Counted from the whole stretch's first letter, positions 13,801-26,600 are shown. The stretch: 63,696 bases of DNA, filler included, from Collodictyon triciliatum (GCA_043381765.1; 9 parts of 9 records of this genome joined end to end with filler, not necessarily neighbours in it), one strand, 5' to 3'. Translations and numbers: made by a program. The notes: generated from the letters alone by a model not told the origin.

Positions 13801-15572
13801 GTATCGAATGTCCACAAGGCACTTGGAATGACAAGGATGGTCAAGCATCATGCAAATCGTGTCCATCTGGTACATTCAATAACAAAACTGGCTCATTTAA
13901 TCAATCATCATGCATTCCATGTCCAAATGGAAGCTACAGCTCAGATAGAAGTGCATCATGCAGCTTATGTTTATCAGGATTCTATCAAAAAGATGGAATC
14001 ATTAAAGATATTCAATCATGCTATGCTTGTCCAATAGGCACATTCAACTCAAACTCTGGCTCACATGGCAATAAATCATGTAATGAATGTCCACAAGGTA
14101 CTTGGAATGATAGAGATGGTCAAACATCATGCACATCATGTCCAGCTGGTACATTCAACAATAAAATTGGTTCATTTGATGAATCATCATGTATTTCATG
14201 TCCAAATGGAAGCTACAGCTCAGAAAGAAGCTCATCATGCAGTCTATGCTCACCAGGATTCTATCAAAAAGAAGACATCATAAAAGACTCAAAATCATGT
14301 TATGCTTGTCCAAAAGGCACATTCAACTCAAACTCCGGCTCATATGGAAACAAATCATGCATTGAATGTGCACAAGGTACTTGGAATGATAGAGATGGTC
14401 AAGCATCATGCATATCATGTCTCGCTGGTACATTCAATGATAAAACTGGCTCATTCGATCAATCATCATGCACCTCATGTCCAAATGGAAGCTACAGCTC
14501 AGAAAGAAGCGCATCATGCAGCTTATGTTCATCAGGATTCTATCAAAAAGATGAAATTACAAAAGACTCAAAATCATGTTATGCTTGTCCAAAAGGCACA
14601 TTCAACTCAAACTCCGGCTCATATGGATACAAATCATGTATCGAATGTCCACAAGGTACTTGGAATGATAGAGATGGTCAAGCATCATGTACATCATGTC
14701 CAGCTGGTACATTCAACAATAAAAGTGGCTCATTTGATCAATCATCATGCATATCATGTCCAGATGGAAGCTACAGCTCAGAGAGAAGCGCATCATGCAG
14801 CTTATGCTCATCAGGATTCTATCAAAAAGATGGAATCATTAAAGATATTCAATCCTGCTACGCTTGTCCAATAGGCACATTCAACTCAAACTCCGGCTCA
14901 TATGGAAACAAATCATGCATCGAATGTCCACAAGGCACTTGGAATGATAGAGATGGTCAAGCATCATGCACATCATGTCCAGCTGGAACATTTAACAACA
15001 AAACTGGCACAGTCAACAAATCATCATGTATCTCATGTCCGAATGGAAGCTACAGCTCAGAGAGAAGCGCATCATGCAGCTTATGTTCACCAGGATTCTA
15101 TCAAAAAGATGGTGTCACCAAAGACTCTCAATCATGCTACGCTTGTCCAAAAGGCACATTCAACTCAAACTCCGGCTCATATGGAAATATATCATGCATC
15201 GAATGTCCACAAGGCACTTGGAATGACAAAGATGGTCAAGCATCATGCACATCATGTCCAGCTGGTGCATTTAACAACAAAACTGGCTCATTCAATCAAT
15301 CATCATGTATTTCATGTCCAAATGGAAGCTACAGCTCAGAGAGAAGTTTATCATGCACTTTATGCTCATCAGGATTCTATCAAAAAGATGGAATCACAAA
15401 AGACTCAAAATCATGCTACGCTTGTCCAAAAGGTACATTCAACTCAAACTCCGGCTCATATGGAAATTCATCATGTATTGAATGTCCACAAGGTACTTGG
15501 AATGATAGAGATGGTCAGGCATCATGCACATCATGTCCAGCCGGAACATTCAATAATAAAACTGGTTCATTT
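7842..15572 (+). CDS. Giant WD40-repeat plus Cys-rich (ephrin-receptor-like/GCC2-GCC3-type) repeat protein, partial at both ends, intronless
   Basis: One open frame across the whole contig. At least 17 WD repeats of ~42 aa (GHTSGVYSVAVTPDGSKIISGSGDNTIKVWN) to ~10000, then CxxCPxGTY/F units. Confidence 0.92.
10790..15572 (+). repeat. Coding tandem array of 279-bp (93-aa) units, about 17 copies
   Basis: ATGGAAGCTACAGC recurs at 10861, 11140 and onward with 279-bp period; one unit has a 3-bp deletion near 12235. Confidence 0.95.
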
Positions 15573-15872
15573 NNNNNNNNNNNNNNNNNNNNNNNNNNNN
15601 NNNNNNNNNNNNNNNNTTAATTAATTAANNNNNNNNNNNNNNNNNNNNNNNNNNNNNNNNNNNNNNNNNNNNAAATAATAATAATAAAATAATAATAATA
15701 AAATAATAATAATAAAATAATAATAATAAAATAATAATAATAATAAAATAATAATAAAATAATAATAATAAAATAATAATAATAAAATAATAAAATAATA
15801 AAATAATAATAAAATAATAAATAATTAAAATAATTAAACGAATGGATTGTGCGTTTCATTAATTAGTAAAGT

Positions 15873-17029
15873 ACCCGGAGACTCTGTATTGGAAGCAGTC
15901 TCGTTTACTATTGATTGTGCAGGATAATGGTACTGATTCGGGTCAGCTGCGATGGCGAGCCGAACTCCCTCCTCCATATCATGGTCCTGTATATATTTCT
16001 CTGCCTAATGAAAAGAAAAGAACATAATTAAGTTAGGAAATAAAAAAAAAACAGTGAGAATAAGGAATCAAAATAAAATTCAGATTTTACTAGGATGAAT
16101 TCTCTGTATTGATTTTTTTTTTTATATAAGGGTCGATAAACCATAGTATTGATATGTGGAAAACATCCCTTAGGGGTGTATGTGTGTGTGCATGTAATGA
16201 ACAAACTTCATATTGGCGCTTTATGTAGGTCCATTTTTTCCTCACTTGCTCTCGGCTCCCAACCTTATACCCCATTTGCATGAGTTGCTTTCGCACAAAA
16301 CCCCATGGGTCATGCCATTTAAATGCAGAAGGTAGCAGCCTGACAAACTCTTTTTCCATGGTTACTGTCCACCTCATCTGCCGTTTTGTATTTCTATCTA
16401 TAATTATTCATGAGATGGAGCCTTCAAAATGTTATTCCCAAAAAAAAAAAAAAGAAAAAAAATAAAAAAAAAAAAAAAAAATAAAAACTCACAAAAAAAA
16501 AAAAAGTAAAAAAATAAAAAACAAAAAACAAAATAAATACAAACAAAAAGTGTATGTTGTTAATAATGTAAACTATATTTTGGTAGCAAGTGCCTGCGTG
16601 ACTTTCGAAGCTCTCTTGGATAATGTGGTATTCGGCACTTGAGATCGGTATGAGATCGCCTATGCTCATTTCGTCGCCTACTTCCAGGGTTGCGAGCCGA
16701 CCGTCCAGGGCCGCCTTTGCTGGGGAGTGGCCGAATGCGGCGGGACCTTCTAAGGGCGCACTGTCCCCAAGACGAAGACAGCCAACAACGCCGCCCAGCG
16801 AAGGCGACGGAGAGTCTGCGGTCGCACGGCCGCACAGGGGTTGCTGGCCGTGGGTCTCTTGAGGGCCTTCGCCTTGGCCTTGCGAGCTTCTTTGGGGCGG
16901 GGGGCTTCCCGGAGAGCTCTCGCTGCCAGTCATGCAGGGGTCTGGGCGGTCGTCTACGGCAGTGGGACTGATCAATACTCTGGCTGGGATCCTTGTTTGC
17001 TTGGCCACGCTCTGGCGCGCTTCAGACAA
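15873..17029 (-). CDS. Myb/SANT-like (trihelix-type) DNA-binding protein, multi-exon, ends uncertain
   Basis: Exon ~16207-16398 encodes RWTVTMEKEFVRLL...WGFVRKQLMQMGYKVGSREQVRKKWTYIKRQYE, with trihelix W..W..W spacing; flanked by phase-compatible exons. Confidence 0.65.
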
Positions 17030-17629
17030 GAGACCTCTTTCCCTTGGGCGCTGCCTTTCTCTTTCTTTCCTTCACTTTCTTTCTGTTGCCCACTCTGTTT
17101 TTCTTTGCCTTCTTTGCACAAATTTGAAGAAGGGGTTCTTGGCGCCGGAGTAGGCGTTTGGAAACAGAGTTTGTGCGGTTTGTGCCGGGTGGCCGGAGGG
17201 ACAGCAACGGGACGGAGACTTGTTGGCGTGTGCGTGTGCGTTGGTTTATTAGATTGACCCCGGCTGCTGCTCCGCCTCGTCGGGTGGCACAGTCTGCAGT
17301 CATGGCCATTAGAAGCGAGGTGCCGGCAATTCATGCTTCAGTCTGGTTGGTGGTGAATGAGTGGTTAGTCTCAGACCCGCAGGATATCTTCTCCTGGTTG
17401 CTCTGCGGTTCTTTTCTTTTCTTCCCATCATTTTTTTCTTCCACCAGACTTTGAAAAAAAAAAAAAAAAAGAGGATATAATTACGAAGACAACACATATA
17501 TGATGGAATGGAGCACAATTCCGTTTTTCTCTTATGTTTTGACACACGAGTGTGGATTGACACCCAAGAGTGAAAAAATATTAATGGTCTGGTGATAGGT
17601 ATTTGCGGATGGTGTGGTATGATTAACCT

Positions 17630-20600
17630 GAACTCAAAGTCCACATCTTCCTGAGGAGGGATAATACCAAGTGCGCCGCGGTTCTGATGGGGATATGGTC
17701 GATAAGTTTTCAAATCCGCACCCACTATTTTCGTTGTAAATCAATTGTGAGGACCGCTCACAAAAATCCTTCTCTCTATCTTCTTTTATTTTTTTGTTCA
17801 ATAAGGCGATAGAAAAGATTATACCGAGTCCAGTGGTGGAATAGAGCCCTGTAATAACACATGTTTTTTTTTTAATTTTAAGAAAAGTAAATAAATTCAG
17901 CAAGATAAATTAAGGAAAGATATGTGTCATGCTTATGGAGGTTACTTATGACTGAGAGCTTACATCTGCATATTTTCCTTTCAGGCGGATGTCGAAGTGG
18001 TGGAGGAGCATCACGAGGAAGACTTTTATTTCGTTTTTTGCAAAAAATCTTCCGGGGCACATGGAAACACCACCGCCAAAAGGAATAAACGCATTCTTTA
18101 CGACCTAGGTTCCAGAGAATGTTGTAAGAAATATTTTCCTTTTTTAGAGACAGTTATTTTCTAAACAAAACCCTTAAAAATATTCTTGAAACGAATATCT
18201 TAATTCTTACTTTGCCGTTTTTCTTGAAGACAGGCTCTGCATTAGGATCTGCTCCAGGCAGAAGCTGAGGAGCGAAGCGGTATGGATCGTATTTTTTGGG
18301 TTCTGGGAAGATTTCTGGGTCCATATGAAAGATATTTGGGAAAACTGCCAGGAAAGTACCTTTTGGAATAGAGTATGTCTTGTCCTTCACATATAACACA
18401 CGGTAGACGTCAGAAATCTTTCGAGTAACTTCGAAATAATATACATTGCGACAAACAGAATAGAAAGCGAGATAATCAAGAGAATCCAAAATGAAAGGAT
18501 GATCGAGGGGAGATTCGTAAGAGGATACATTTCCCCCTTTATTCCATTCAAAGTCGTAAGAGGATAAGTTAAGCAATCAACAAAAAACTCACAGTGCATT
18601 TTAGTTCATAATCCTTCACAGCTTGCCTGAGTGTTAAAGAGAATCCAACCAGGCGGAGGGTTTCGTTTATACAGGCATCAATCAGAGGCATTTTTCCTGT
18701 ATTGAACTGAACGAGTGGGACTCTTTCCTATGCATCGATGTTTCACTAGTCAAACAGCATGGTCATCGATATGTATATCAATTACTCAGATGGTAGAAGT
18801 TAAGTCGAGATTCTTACAGTCTCACTTGGAATACTCTCTTGAATAGACGACTCAATCTAAATTTATTATGGTTTACAATCATTCCTGTCTTAGATAACGT
18901 CATTCTGATCTATGAAGGTTAAAAAAAAACAAGAAAAAAAGGGACAAGGTTGGGTTACCTCTTTCAATACTGACTTCAACAATGCGGGGTCTTTCAGAAT
19001 GTAAAACGCTGTCCAAAAGACGGCAGGGATAGTATTCGCTTGGGAGGCCCATAGAAGTGCAAGCTAAAATAGACGTTGACATAAATTGATTAGGGTTGTT
19101 TCTTCAGAGGGAAGCGGTATTGTGCTTTCAAAAATCTTAATCATGTCATTTCCATAAGCAATTTAGTTGAATATAAGTGGAAATAAAAAAAACTTAAAAT
19201 TAAGCAGATTTTCGTTATACACCTGAATATCAGATATCTTCAGGTTTTCATTCGTGTATTTGCTCAAAACACGATGGCGTTCTGAAATGAAAGTACATGT
19301 CTATGGTGGGATTATAATTGAAAACACTTTTTAAAGGATGACCAAACAATTGAAATACGGTTAAAATTGATCAGATCATAACCCTTGGTACGCGAAATTA
19401 AGAGAAAAGGAGAAAAAAANNNNNNNNNNNNNNNNNNNNNNNNNNNNNNNNNNNNNNNNNNNNNNNNNNNNNNNNNNNNNNNNNNNNNNNNNNNNNNNNN
19501 NNNNNNNNNNNNNNNNNNNNNNNNNNNNNNNNNNNNNNNNNNNNNNNNNNNNNNNNNNNNNNNNNNNNNNNNNNNNNNNNNNNNNNNNNNNNNNNNNNNN
19601 NNNNNNNNNNNNNNNNNNNNNNNNNNNNNNNNNNNNNNNNNNNNNNNNNNNNNNNNNNNNNNNNNNNNNNNNNNNNNNNNNNNNNNNNNNNNNNNNNNNN
19701 NNNNNNNNNNNNNNNNNNNNNNNNNNNNNNNNNNNNNNNNNNNNNNNNNNNNNNNNNAATACGGCTTCAAATAAGCTTTAGAATCATATATCGATTCTTT
19801 CTTGCTTGACCCTTGAACAAATGAGGAATGGAACTACCTTAAATGTTTGCCAGGCGTGGTTGCTAAAGAACTTATTCCCAAAAATCGCATTTGAAGAAGA
19901 TTCGAAGATGATGCGATGTACAAAATCGTAAAATCCAGACGTGTATGCTGTCCATTCTTTTGTCGGCTTCAAGTATTCATAGAGACAGTCCTCCATCCCG
20001 ATCTGCATATTCACCGTCATTTCTTTCAAGGAGGATCCTTGGAGATGCCTATTTTCAAACAGGAGGAGAACATCACTATCAACTAGAACGATTTTGAGCA
20101 TAACTAGTGGTAAAAGCCACTGAAAGTCGGAGAAGGGCTTGGGTGCGAGGAAAAACAACTGACTTGTTGTATATCTGATGCAATTCATCATCGGCAGAGA
20201 CATAGACATCAGAGTCCATTTTGAAAACATTCATGGAGATGTCCTTAGCTATTTCTGCGAAGCTGAGAGCCTGTCGAGCAAAATAATATGAATGACAATA
20301 GAATTTATGTGCGTGTGATTCATCGCCTCGAATAATTTGGGACCCTTTATTTTTTTTATGGAGCCGAAAAGGATAGTAATCCCTTACACGGTCTGTCAGC
20401 ACGGTTGTGATGGCCAGGGGATCCAAGACAAAAGTCATCTATTCCAGAGAAGTTTAAATAGAGAAAAATGCTTTGAGGGCTGAAGTCAGCTGAATGAAAT
20501 CACGCAACGTAGTTGAGTTACAGTGACACTCACTTGTCTGCCAGATATCAGCAGCGTGAAAACATCACCAGCTTGCTTCTGAAACCGTCTCATGAGCCCG

Positions 20601-20803
20601 TAGCCATCTCTCGAAAATTCAATGGCAAAGCCCAGGAACGGGACGTACCCGCGGAAAACTGGTGGTGTGTTCTCTGAGAGACATCGTCCGTCAAACAAGC
20701 GGACAAAAGCCACATACGCCAGCGGAATCAGAAGCACAGCCGCAGCAACAATCGAAGTCCAGGCTGCGCTGCCCAAGGACAAGTCATGGACAAGAGTCTC
20801 CAT
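17630..20803 (-). CDS. Cytochrome P450, CYP7/CYP8 clan-like, about 13 exons; spans N-gap 19420-19757; final codons unresolved
   Basis: N-terminal TM anchor plus PPVFRGYVPFLGFAIEF; I-helix LALLWASQANTIPAVFW; ETLRL; PKKYDPYRF; heme motif PFGGGVSMCPGRFFAKNEIKVFLVMLLHHFD; C-terminal IPPLDS|NRGALGIIPP. Confidence 0.92.
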
Positions 20804-21334
20804 GAAACCTGTGCCTTTCGAGCCGGTGATGCTTAGTTTTTGGTTGGTGTGGTCAGGAGTTGGGTAGGGGCTGTTGCTGGCCTAGCAAAAGAAAAGAAAA
20901 AAGAAAAGAAAAAAGAAAAAAAAAAGAAAAAAAAGAAAAAAAGAAAAAACAAAGTAAAGAAAAAAAAGGAAAAAAGGAAAAAAAGGAAAAAAAGGAAAAA
21001 AAGGAAAGAAAAAAGAAAAAAGAAACAGGAGAAAAGAAAAAAAGAAAAGAACAGTGGAGCGAGCGGGACAAGAGACCCGAGGAGCCCGCCTTACTCACAG
21101 ACAAAGTCTTCCTGTGGGAGAAGCAGACTCTCTTTGGCCTGTGGCTTCCAAGTGCCCGAGGCGGACAAATTACCGCAGCGAATCCCACGGGAAAAACCTG
21201 AACCCTGGGAGGAGGGAAAATTGGTACGCCTGATTTCCCATCATGACACGCCATATGAGGCATGATGAACGGAGACTTGGCGCCCAAGGCAGCAGGCTCG
21301 TTTGTGTGAAAGAGAAGGGAAGGAGAGCGGGACT

Positions 21335-23262
21335 TTATTTCTTTTGGAATATCATGTCAATCATAGCCTGTATTTTGGCTGGGCGAAGAAACTCCGAGTC
21401 GGTGATTATGTTTGTCAGGATGATCGTGTTTTTGTGGCTTTGCGAGTTAATCCAAACACGCCCGTTTGCTCCGCATGCGATTTCAAAAGGGATGCGTTTT
21501 CCAAGTTCCTGGAGTACGAAGCAATCTGGTAGCATCAGACTGCAAAAGTTTATAAAGTCAGGAAACAGGGAAGATTAAATTAATGTCTCGGCTATTTATT
21601 TTTACCTGATATGCGTTGTAGTTAACATAGTGAGTGCGTGAAAATATAAACAAGCATTTACATCAATTAGCCACCAACGCAACATATGAATAAATGAACA
21701 GAAGAATAAATCGGTTGAAAGAAACAACAAATATATATATATATAAGAATAATTAACTCAACCTTCTTGACAGCGCTTGGCTGCATTCGAACATATATCC
21801 ATCTTTGAGCTCTCCAAACCCTTCAGATCGGTTTGTGGGTGCATAGCAAACAAGTTCAGGCTCCAAATCTTTGTTCGCCAGAACTACTCTGGCATACACC
21901 AAATTTCCCACCTGGTAGCATACAGTAAATCGGTGACGATTTCTTTATTGATATTCACAATTTGCGTATGATGAAACCACATTGAGGCTTGTTCGGTATA
22001 TAATTAAGATAAATAGGTGACATATCAACCTGGAGGTTGGGCTTATTTCTTTTTGTAGCGCCTTCGAACGCAATATTGGGCAGTATAGCGTAGGCATTGC
22101 AGCCAATATCAACCTGAAAGTAAATGCAATGACACAAATAATGATGGTATGAATTGCTTCGTCTGTTAATCAGATTCTATAAGCACTTATGATAAGAGCC
22201 GAAGAAATCAAAGGAAATGTCAAGATGTCGGTCTCTTAGGATAACATTATAAAACACAAACCTTGTAATAATCCATGAATCGTTCCACAATTACACCAAC
22301 GACTTGATCTTCCATGGCTGGCACATACTGCAATTGTAGAATAGTGAGATAAAAAAAGCCATATAAACAAGGTAGTTTTAAAATGGTAAGGTCTATCATG
22401 AAGGAATAATATCGTGCGATGTTTTACAGACATATCGCTCTACAAGCAATAGTCTAAAGACAACAGTAATTGTCTCACAGCTTATCCACATAAAAGGTTA
22501 AGCGTGACGCAATTATTCAAAGAAACCATCCTTCATACATAGTATCAACAATTGATGATGAAGTGTTGCTGCATATATCATGGTAATAGTAAAAAATAAA
22601 ATAAAAAAATAATTACAATTACAATTGCAAGGGAGGGAAAAAAAGCATTTAAAAATACACAAACACACAAACATGAACAACATGGCATCGGCACAAACCC
22701 TCTTCGTGGAGTGGTCAATCCAGTACTTCGTCCCTTTGCGAGACTGTTGGATGCGCACGACGCCTGAGCGTGAGGAGATAATCTGACTCTGGACCTGCCT
22801 GATTCCCGGACCGATGATGACGGAAGGCTTCTCAGGAACGAGGCCAGAGTCTTCCGTGTGCGTCCCGTCAACTTTGCTCACGCGCTTCTTCTTTGCAGCC
22901 CCAGCAGCAACGGGCAGACACTCGAATGTCCGAAGAACATCACCAGGCAGAATGCCTTGCGCGTATTCCCTGAGGATCCTTTGGTTGGGCGCTTCGTCGT
23001 CCTTCGGCTTGCTTTCGGCCGTGTGGTCTGTCTCGTCTGCGCTTGACTCGTCGGCCTCGGCGCTCTCGCTCGGATCTGCGCCTTCGTCCTCCTGGGCCAC
23101 CGGCTCGGCTTCGGGCAGTTCCTCGGTAAACTCGATCAGCTCTTCCGGCTCGTGTTTGAGTTCCTTGGCACTGTGGTGTCTGGGCGTTGTCTGTGGCTGG
23201 GCGCTCATGCTGTGAAGACGCGGGGGACTTGGTTGGGGAGTGTTTTCAGTTTTCAAAAGCAT
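21335..23262 (-). CDS. RRP40: Exosome complex component RRP40 (EXOSC3), 5 exons; start at 23262 or 23208
   Basis: IGPGIRQ...YWIDHSTKR|YVPAMEDQVVGVIVER...AFEGATKRNKPNLQ|VGNLVYARVVLANKDLEPEL...GFGELKDG...IPFEIACGANGRVWI; all introns GT-AG. Confidence 0.93.
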
Positions 23263-23308
23263 AAGACTGCCTTTTTTTTTCTTTCTTGTGTGACTATGTG
23301 TGTGTGAT

Positions 23309-23309
<1 letters not shown>

Positions 23310-23376
<67 letters not shown>
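23310..23376. repeat. (TG)n microsatellite
   Basis: Directly visible. Confidence 0.95.
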
Positions 23377-23380
<4 letters not shown>

Positions 23381-23611
23381 TCTTTTTTTTTTTTTGTTTT
23401 TTTTNNNNNNNNNNNNNNNNNNNNNNNNNNNNNNNNNNNNNNNNNNNNTTAATTAATTAANNNNNNNNNNNNNNNNNNNNNNNNNNNNNNNNNNNNNNNN
23501 NNNNTTTTGGTTTTTTTTTGGTTTTTTTTTGGTTTTTTTGGAAATACAAAGTCATGATAAATAAATTGATGACAAGAATCGTATACAAAAACTTAATCCA
23601 CCTGCCGAGAC

Positions 23612-26600
23612 CTAAATTCCTTATCATCTTGCAAATCTGCAGAGAGCTTTTCGGCATATACCTTCACACGTGATTATGCAAAGTCAAAGAGGGAGGAAAG
23701 AATTCAACACAGATAAAAAAAAATGAACAATTAACTTAGAAAATCCCGCGAATTTTATGAATTGAAATAGGGAAAAAGAAAAGAGCTTGCCTGTGCTATC
23801 ATTTTATAGAGCTGTGACTTTGGTAAACTCCTGTCTTGTCCTTTGATGTTAATCAGGGTTTTTCTTTTAAAAAAAAAAACACTACAATTCTATGCGAATT
23901 GAATGATCTTTCCATAGATTCAGCTTCATAAATGGGACATACCAAAGTTTTTTAAAATATATATATATATATGGATACAAAAACCAATGTAAAATATCGC
24001 AAGACAAAGAAAAGTGAAGATAAGTGAAAACAATAAAGCAAAATAAAACAAATGAAAAAGGTTACCTCTCGCAAAATTCTCAAAACTGACTACCCTCATC
24101 CATAACTTGCTTCCAGATGGTGCAACATATTTTCTAGATGTCTTTTTGGGTAACTGGTATGGAAACGTTTATGTTTTGATTTTAATTTTAAGTATACCAC
24201 AATGATGAGAAGACAGAGAAGAGTATAAACATGTCTACTGGAATAAACATGAACCTTTCTAGCTGAGCCGGTGACTCTAGTCGGTGACGACTTATCAGGA
24301 GAGCCTAGCCGGTTCACAACCTCAGGCGATGCACTTTGCCCATTTCGTAGTGGTTTGGTTCTCTGTCGTAATGCTGCGATATCTACTTCAGAAACATCAG
24401 GCACTAAGTGCACGGCGCTTTTGGCTTCGCTACTGTATGTAATATTCAAGACACAGATAGAGTCGAGATTTAGTCTAAATAAACACAAATAGATAGACCC
24501 AGGGCGAATTTTTACGAAAGATTTTAAAGTTGAAAGTATGATATCCTTTTTTGGAGGAAAAATAAGCAAATTAATGGTTATAATCCTTCATCATACACTC
24601 TAGGTGTCCTGGTGATTGACTCACTCAGTAGATTGGGCTCTATGAAAAGATTTTGTCACATTGTATCGATGTTGTTTGGACATGAAAACATGTATCGTCC
24701 ATAAACGGCCAAATTTTGAATAGGTTTCTTGGTTTCTGTACCTCTTGTTGCAACTTTCGTCAGGACAACACTTTCAATTTCGACATGGCTGTTTCCTGAG
24801 GTTTGAACCCCTGTGTGTGTAACAGCATGCAGCTTGAAAACATCATAGTACGGTTCTGATTTGGGAATAGCATACATAAAGCCCGGAAAATTAGTCAATA
24901 TAGAGACCTTCGAAAACCTAAAAATGGCATATACTAGGAACCGAATACAGAGAAAAGGGAAAACCTTCCGCTTGTATAGACTTTTCGTGTGTTTCTTTTG
25001 TGGCATAGTCTATGATCTATGAGAAATGTGCAATATTTTAATAGTAATAGCAATAGTAATAGTAATAGTAATAGTAATAGTAATAGTAATAGTAATAGTA
25101 ATAGTAATAGTAATAGTAATAGGCATCGATTCGAAAGCTCATACTAGTTGAAGGATATAAGGGACAATAATTGATTTGAATACAACTTGATATATAATAC
25201 TGGTAGATTTTGAAGAAAGTAAAGTTAAATGTTTGATTATTTATTTTTCCAGACCGCATCAACATTGCTTTCCCACCGCCCCAGTGTATTAGACGGATTC
25301 TCATGTTGATTTTTTTTTAAACGAGAGGTATAAACATCTAAAAGTACAATATTTTGCGTGAGTAATTTTGACTTAAGTGAGAGACAGAATCTAAAACAAA
25401 TGGAAAGCATGCGGATAGGAAAATAAAAATTATGAAAGAAAAACATTAAATCACATCATGATGGATAACCTATAAGATTCATTAAATCTTCCAACTTGGT
25501 AGTATACTGGTTTTTATTCTCATTTTCTTGAGTGACTTCAGTTCGGTATCTTTCATATTCCAATCTCACACTTGTTTGCTCTTGTTTCGCCACTTTCAAT
25601 TCATACTGGCACATCCTCAATTCCTCAGCAACCCTAAATCAGAAGGAACAAAGTTCCAAATTTATTTTCTTTTTATTCGATTCAGAAGAAGCGTTTGTAG
25701 GAAGTATTATTAAATCGTTTAGAAATGAAGAATAGTGCTTGAAGTTAAAGTTTTATTGTTTCTTTTTCTAGAAAAAAAAACCTGGATAAGTTATGTTCAA
25801 AATCTGTACGTTCGTCATCAATTTTCTTTTGAAGATTTTCCATTTTTTGGAGGCAGTCGCAAATAACTACATATGACTTTGAAGTTTAGAGGTGCCATGG
25901 TAGCTGTGTCTGTCTACTATAATTTACACTTATTTTTAATTAATCAAGTCATTTTGATTAAAATGCAAACATTTTCCATCCTTGATTCTTCCTTTGGTAA
26001 TTCTATCTATTTCAGCATATTTGTCCTTGTATAACTAATAAAGAATGCAGGGCAATTATTATAATTTACAAATATGAGGCCTCATAAATATGTAAAATTT
26101 TGTAGATTTATAGTAAACATGCTTGGTTCGTTTTTTCACATTCATTCCTTTATTAAAATGTGCTAACATCGATAATTGTTGAAAGAGCTTCTTTTCTGAT
26201 GGGCGATATGTATAACGGAGATAGGTATAGAATCTCAAGTTCAGTATAAACATTTATTATCAAATAGAGATGTGGTAGTCTACGTTGTTTAAAAATCCCC
26301 AGAGTTTAGCCAATGTTTGACCCCTTTCTAAACACTGGGATGATATCTATTGTGAATGATCATGGTTAACTCTATACTTTAGTTGGGTGTATAGTTTTAC
26401 TTATGTGCAGTGGAAGTATTGGTACTTGTCTCAGAAATTCAGTGAAGCAAATCGATACCACCAATAACGACTCGTCAAACCGTTCATCTGATGACAGAAA
26501 GTAAGGAAATAAAAAATGAATATTGAAAAATTATAAATGATAAATAAGCAGAGAAATTTAACACGGGAAAAGGTTGTCTGGAAGACACGATTATTTTAAA

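Noticed and set aside
10762-15572. Long His/Gln-rich ORFs in the alternative + frames
   Set aside because: Shadow frames of the repeat gene's biased codons, broken at irregular points
17863-17923. Apparent AT-AC intron (ATATCTTT...AC) in the P450 3' region
   Set aside because: The correct frame reads EIKVFLVMLLHHFDIRLKGKYAD then GT-AG to GSIPPLDS; the motif lies inside an ordinary intron
24541-24550. ATATCCTTTT on the + strand (similar at ~38712)
   Set aside because: Antisense to minus-strand genes with no matching branch point or acceptor; chance match
26430-26458. GTATCG as a U12-like GT donor in the AXDND1-like gene
   Set aside because: It is coding (VSICFTEFLRQ), part of the conserved domain
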